Positions 30,043 to 34,383 of a DNA stretch of 34,383 nt are shown here, in pieces. The position numbers and the translations under genes are program-made. This DNA comes from Candidatus Eubacterium avistercoris (lineage in GTDB: Bacteria; Bacillota; Clostridia; Lachnospirales; Lachnospiraceae). The stretch spans positions 1-34,383 of the forward strand of contig DXCH01000264.1 of NCBI GenBank assembly GCA_019116105.1, given 5' to 3'. The notes under the pieces were generated by a model. The model was not told the origin of the DNA, searched no databases, and was given only the letters and a program-made list of their open reading frames with translations. The number at the start of each line of letters is the position of its first letter. Within the stretch, counting starts at the first letter, position 1.

Positions 30043-30768
30043 TTACCTTGCCCCTGTTCCTGGAGAGGGTTTCTGTCCTCTGTGGCAGGCTGCCGCCCCC
30101 AGCAGATGCTCCATGTATCCCACATGGACAAACCCGCATTTCATCATGAGATACGCCAGTTCTCCTTTACTGAGAAACTGCTCTGTGGAATCACTGAGCC
30201 ACTTATACTCCTTCCCTTTTCCCGTAAGGATCTTTGCCATTGCCGGCATGGCATATTTAAAATACAGCCGGTAATAGGGACGGATCCTTTCATTTTCCGG
30301 ATAGGAAGAGTCCAGACAGTAGATCCAGCCGCCGGGCTTCAGCACCCGAAAGATCTGTCTGAGGACCTTCTCATAATCCGCCATATTGCGCAGTCCGAAG
30401 GAAATCACCACACAATCAAAATGAGCGTCCCTGTACGGCAGAAATTCCGCGCTGGCTTTGACAAATTCCACATTCACAAGGCCGTTTCTGCTGTGGCGCT
30501 CCTTGGCCACTTCCAGCATCTTTCCGGAAAAATCCACCCCAGTGACCATTGCCTGCTTATTTTCTTTCGCCAGCAGAAACGTCATATCACCGGTACCGCA
30601 GCACAGATCCAGAATATGCCGGCAATTCCGGCGCCGGATCTCCTGGGCGGCCCGAAGCTTCCAGATTCTGTGCATTCCGAAGCTGATCACATCGTTCATA
30701 ATATCGTAGTTTTCACTGATATTCTGGAACACATCGTATACCTTCTTGGTTTTTTTCGGCGGTTTCAT
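30043..30768 (-). CDS. menG: Demethylmenaquinone methyltransferase (MenG/UbiE)
   Basis: VFQNISENYDIMNDVISFGMHRIWK, ILDLCCGTGD, ISFGLRNM, RVLKPGG. Confidence 0.9.
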   Translation of the reverse strand: MKPPKKTKKVYDVFQNISENYDIMNDVISFGMHRIWKLRAAQEIRRRNCRHILDLCCGTGDMTFLLAKENKQAMVTGVDFSGKMLEVAKERHSRNGLVNVEFVKASAEFLPYRDAHFDCVVISFGLRNMADYEKVLRQIFRVLKPGGWIYCLDSSYPENERIRPYYRLYFKYAMPAMAKILTGKGKEYKWLSDSTEQFLSKGELAYLMMKCGFVHVGYMEHLLGAAACHRGQKPSPGTGAR

Positions 30769-30804
30769 ATATCCATCCCTTTCCTATTTTTTATGGTTTC
30801 CTTA

Positions 30805-31731
30805 TTACAGGAGATTTTCCATCAGGTATCCGCCACCGATCACAAGGAGCCAGCATACGGATACGCAACTGTGGATCTGAACGATCCGGATCATATTACG
30901 GATCCGGTTTTCCGGCGTCAGCGCTCCCTTCCAGACAGGCCACACTGTCAGGAACATCCACAGGGCCAGCGCCGGATACAGAGTCATTCCCCTGGGTGAA
31001 TACTCCATACCAAGCAAAAGCAGGATTACAAATTCTCCGGCCAGCAAAACCTTCAGCAGTAGGGAGGCCTTATGTCTTCCCAGTATCCCCGGAAGAGTGA
31101 TACGCCCTACCGGCAGATCCCGCTCTATATCCGATGTATTGTTCATCATCATGATCAGGCCCACTGATATGATCATGGGAAGGGCCAACAGCAGGATCAG
31201 CGGATCGTGAACGCCGGTCTGCACATAGTAACAGGACATGGGAATCAGTCCGCCCATGACCACTCCGGAAGACACCTCCCCCACAGGAAGTTCTGACAGG
31301 GGAGTTTTCCCAAAGGAATACAGGAGCACCACCGCGCCTCCCAGGGCACCGTAGATCAAAGGCTGCCAGCCGCACAGGCAAAGGGTATAGATGCCGCAGC
31401 AAAAAGCCAGCAGCAGGAATACAAGGCCTGTGGCCAGTGCTTTTTTCGGATGGAATCCGTGATAGACCAGCGCTGCGTCTGTGGGATCATGGGAATTTTC
31501 CACGGTATCCGTTCCTTTTATAAAATCCACGTAGTCATTCAGCGTATTGACCCCGCACTGCAAAAGCACACAGACACCTAAAGTGGAATAAAATAATCCC
31601 AGATGAAATTTCCCTGTCATGACCAGCGCCAGCAAACTGCCCAGCAGGACGGGAAATACCGCCGCCGGCCAGGTATGGGGTGCTGCCAGTTCCAGTACAG
31701 CTTTCGGCGTCAGTTTCTTATACTGCTGCAT
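30805..31731 (-). CDS. menA: 1,4-dihydroxy-2-naphthoate prenyltransferase (MenA, UbiA family)
   Basis: APHTWPA, NTLNDYVDFIKGTD and NNTSDIERDLPVGRITL aspartate-rich motifs; multi-TM. Confidence 0.85.
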   Translation of the reverse strand: MQQYKKLTPKAVLELAAPHTWPAAVFPVLLGSLLALVMTGKFHLGLFYSTLGVCVLLQCGVNTLNDYVDFIKGTDTVENSHDPTDAALVYHGFHPKKALATGLVFLLLAFCCGIYTLCLCGWQPLIYGALGGAVVLLYSFGKTPLSELPVGEVSSGVVMGGLIPMSCYYVQTGVHDPLILLLALPMIISVGLIMMMNNTSDIERDLPVGRITLPGILGRHKASLLLKVLLAGEFVILLLLGMEYSPRGMTLYPALALWMFLTVWPVWKGALTPENRIRNMIRIVQIHSCVSVCWLLVIGGGYLMENLL

Positions 31732-31758
31732 TTATAATATCTCCATCCGTTTTTCCGT

Positions 31759-32607
31759 TTATTTCTCATCAGGAAGTTCATCCAGTTCCGCCAGATTAAA
31801 CACCGGTCCGTCAAGACATACGTATTTGCTTCCGATATTGCATCTTCCGCATTTTCCGATGCCGCATTTCATCCGCATTTCCAATGTGGTGATAACATCT
31901 TCTTTTGCAAAGCCCATGCGGACCAGTGCTTCGGATGTAAATTTTATCATGATCGGCGGGCCGCAGAGAATGACTTTTTTATTTTCCGGTGAAAAAGCCA
32001 GTTCCTCCACATAAGCAGGCACAAAACCTACATTGCCTTCCCATGTCTCATTGCCCCGGTCTACTGTGATCTCCACCCGGGTATCTTTTTCTTTTGGCCA
32101 GTTCTGGAACAAATCTTCTTTAAAGCACAGATCCTCCGGGGAACGGGATCCATATACAATATCAATATGTCCGTAATCCTCCCTGTGCTCCATACAGTAA
32201 CGGATCAGAGAGCGCACCGGGGCCAGGCCGATACCGCCTCCGATAAAGATCAGGTCTTTTCCCTTCAGCGCTTCCACAGGAAAATGATTGCCGTAAGGTC
32301 CGCGGATAGCGATTTCCTGTCCCTCGGCAAGTTCGTGGAACGCTTCCGTGAGCATGCCCACTTTTTTAATAGACGATTCGATCCAGTCCTCTCCCTGGGC
32401 TGTAATAGAAAACATTCCTTCTCCCACTCCTACCACAGAGATCATCCCAAGCTGTCCCGGCAGGGGTGCAAAGGGTTTCTTTCCATCCGGAGTCTGCATA
32501 CGGAATGTTTTTACATCCGGGGTTTCCTGTGTGATCTTGATTACTTTTACTACCTGGGGGACCAGAGGATTCCCGTGACAGGTACATTCATGATTTATCT
32601 CGCCCAT
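31759..32607 (-). CDS. FAD/NAD(P)H-binding 2Fe-2S oxidoreductase (FlxA / AsrB / HydG-like)
   Basis: IRGPYGNHF, IGGGIGLAPVRS, CGPPIMIKF, MKCGIGKCGRCNIG...VCLDGPVF. Confidence 0.9.
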   Translation of the reverse strand: MGEINHECTCHGNPLVPQVVKVIKITQETPDVKTFRMQTPDGKKPFAPLPGQLGMISVVGVGEGMFSITAQGEDWIESSIKKVGMLTEAFHELAEGQEIAIRGPYGNHFPVEALKGKDLIFIGGGIGLAPVRSLIRYCMEHREDYGHIDIVYGSRSPEDLCFKEDLFQNWPKEKDTRVEITVDRGNETWEGNVGFVPAYVEELAFSPENKKVILCGPPIMIKFTSEALVRMGFAKEDVITTLEMRMKCGIGKCGRCNIGSKYVCLDGPVFNLAELDELPDEK

Positions 32608-32610
32608 GCT

Positions 32611-33594
32611 CTACACCTCCGCCGCTTTATCAATAAACATTGTAATATCCATATGTGCCGGGCATTTTTCCACACAGCGGCCGCATCCTACGCACAGATG
32701 CTGCCCGTATCTCTCATGGAAATAAGAAAGCTTGTGCATATACCGGTTCCGTACACGTTCTTTTTTGGTGGGTCGTGGGTCGTGTCCTCCCGCCATTCTT
32801 GTATAGTCGGAAAACATGCAGGAGTCCCAGCAGCGGAATTTCGTGCCTTCCGCCCCGTGATTATCCGAGTCAATATCAAAACAGTAGCATGTCGGACAGA
32901 CATAGGTACAGGTAGCGCAGCCGATACAGGCTCTTGTGACTTCATCCCAGATGGGATGGTCAAACATACCCGCCAGTTTTTCCGGCAGTTCCGGCGTCAT
33001 ATTGACTTTCAGGGTGCAGGCGGTATCCTTTTTGGCCTGACCGCCTTCCGAGAGAAGGCCGTTTAAAGCTTCCAGCACCGCTTTCCCTTTTTCCGTATAT
33101 GCTTCCAGCACCAGCGTATCTCCGCCGTCATTCATCATAACATCCGCGTTGGGAGCGTTGTTGGGATCCAGCCCCATGGAGTCACAGAAACAGGTCCGTT
33201 CCGGTGTGGTGCAGCCCATGGCGATCAGCGTTACATTTTCCCGCTTTCTGCTGTAATAACTGTCCACAAATCCTTTCTCCAGGAATACATGATCCATACA
33301 GTCTATACTTCTCATGTCGCAGGGTCTGATCCCGAATATTACCTGTCTGGGTTTTTCCACAATCTCTTTAATCTCAATGGAATCCCCCATTTTATAGTTA
33401 TACATTTTCTCTGTGCAGGGAAAGAGGATATCCTTTGGCGGAAGCTGGGTATTCGCCCCGCCAAGATCCACATCGCTCTCTCCGTCCCAGAGTACAAATC
33501 TTTTGATTCCTTCTATTTCTCCGGGCACGAATACACTTGCGTCAGCGGCAAGTATTTTCAATGCTCCGGTTAAATCGGTTTTCTTTAACTGCAT
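32611..33594 (-). CDS. 4Fe-4S dicluster protein (FlxB / AsrA / HydB-like)
   Basis: FGIRPCD, TCFCDSMG, CIGCATCTYVCPTCYCF, RCWDSC, CVGCGRCVEKCP. Confidence 0.9.
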   Translation of the reverse strand: MQLKKTDLTGALKILAADASVFVPGEIEGIKRFVLWDGESDVDLGGANTQLPPKDILFPCTEKMYNYKMGDSIEIKEIVEKPRQVIFGIRPCDMRSIDCMDHVFLEKGFVDSYYSRKRENVTLIAMGCTTPERTCFCDSMGLDPNNAPNADVMMNDGGDTLVLEAYTEKGKAVLEALNGLLSEGGQAKKDTACTLKVNMTPELPEKLAGMFDHPIWDEVTRACIGCATCTYVCPTCYCFDIDSDNHGAEGTKFRCWDSCMFSDYTRMAGGHDPRPTKKERVRNRYMHKLSYFHERYGQHLCVGCGRCVEKCPAHMDITMFIDKAAEV

Positions 33595-33606
33595 GCTGCC
33601 GCCTCC

Positions 33607-34383
33607 TTACATAAACTCGTCTCTGTCCTGAAGATCAAATTCGCCCAGTACGTGGGGCCTGCTGTCATTCAGGCCGCATTCATAATCGCCAAACAGATCA
33701 TTGATATCTTTCAGCATTTTTTTCGTCTGACGCATAATGGGCAGCCCCATAGGACATACTCGCTCGCACTCGCCGCATTCAATGCACCTGTCTCCTACGT
33801 GAAACGCCCTGGTCAGGCCATATACCTGATTGGAATTTCGATTGTTCTGTTTGCCCTGCCAGCCCACACGGTACTGATCCGCGTAACATTCTTTGCAGTT
33901 GCAGGCGGGACAAACGTTCCGGCAGGCATAGCAGTGAATGCATTTGTCATATTGCTTTGCCCAGTATTCATACTTTTCATCCTGAGACAGTTTTTCAAAT
34001 TCCGCCACTTCTTTAAATCTGTCCGGGTTGATCTTTTCTTCTACCGGAGTGCCGATGAGCACATCGTACACCAGAGGATTTTTATGCTGACAGCCTTCGC
34101 AGACGGGATTTTCTTTCCCATCACAGGGAATCCCGATCAGATAAAGATTTTCTCTTTTCAGCTGATTGTCCTGTATCATCCGGTTCACCGCTCTGGAATC
34201 GCATCCCCGGATGATAATGCCGATCTTTTTCTCCGGATATCTGTCATCCAGGGCATATTTTGCAGTACCGTTTACACAGTAATGGTTCCACACCAGCTTA
34301 TGGGCGTCCTCCGGCCTGGTAATAAATACCGGCGTTGTCCTGTCCGGGAAACGGGTAGCTCCCCATCCGATCACATAGCCCAC
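33607..34383 (-). CDS. 4Fe-4S protein (FlxC / FdhB-FrhB-like), 5' end outside the window
   Basis: RGCDSRAV, IGIPC, CIHCYACRNVCPACNCKEC, RAFHVGDRCIECGECERVCP; the frame is open to the window edge. Confidence 0.85.
   Translation of the reverse strand: MGYVIGWGATRFPDRTTPVFITRPEDAHKLVWNHYCVNGTAKYALDDRYPEKKIGIIIRGCDSRAVNRMIQDNQLKRENLYLIGIPCDGKENPVCEGCQHKNPLVYDVLIGTPVEEKINPDRFKEVAEFEKLSQDEKYEYWAKQYDKCIHCYACRNVCPACNCKECYADQYRVGWQGKQNNRNSNQVYGLTRAFHVGDRCIECGECERVCPMGLPIMRQTKKMLKDINDLFGDYECGLNDSRPHVLGEFDLQDRDEFM

Noticed and set aside
31759-33594. Anaerobic sulfite reductase asrABC operon
   Set aside because: No asrC siroheme subunit follows, and the preceding FdhB/FrhB-like gene fits an Flx-type module better.

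Overview
A mostly housekeeping window from a spore-forming anaerobic Firmicute (Clostridia, Lachnospiraceae-like by gene content; inferred). The left end (1-~2045) is the edge of a tyrosine-integrase element inserted at the 3' end of guaA. It carries a partial int, xis, a divergent XRE repressor with a three-operator switch, a GNAT gene and arm-type repeats. Next come guaA and spoIIID, then a 2.7 kb islet bounded by an exact 47-bp direct repeat of the spoIIID promoter/RBS/start codons. The islet holds an uncharacterised AT-rich ORF and an AAA/DUF4143-type ATPase whose promoter is bracketed by 30-bp direct repeats. After it lie thpR, a MazG-like gene, a 5'-truncated VOC gene next to a frameshifted trkH relic, trkA-trkH, a DUF554 gene and a complete Na+-type V/A-ATPase operon. 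The right half has a candidate ~100-160 nt structured ncRNA, a ProX/YbaK deacylase, a cotJA-cotJB fusion plus cotJC, an orphan non-pyrrolysine MttB-family methyltransferase, an Sfp-type PPTase, glmS and an aminotransferase. It ends with the distal part of an Flx/AsrAB-like Fe-S oxidoreductase operon that runs directly into menA and menG. Strongest leads: the spoIIID-repeat islet, the orphan structured RNA and the Flx-menaquinone operon. All calls come from reading motifs by eye; no searches were run.
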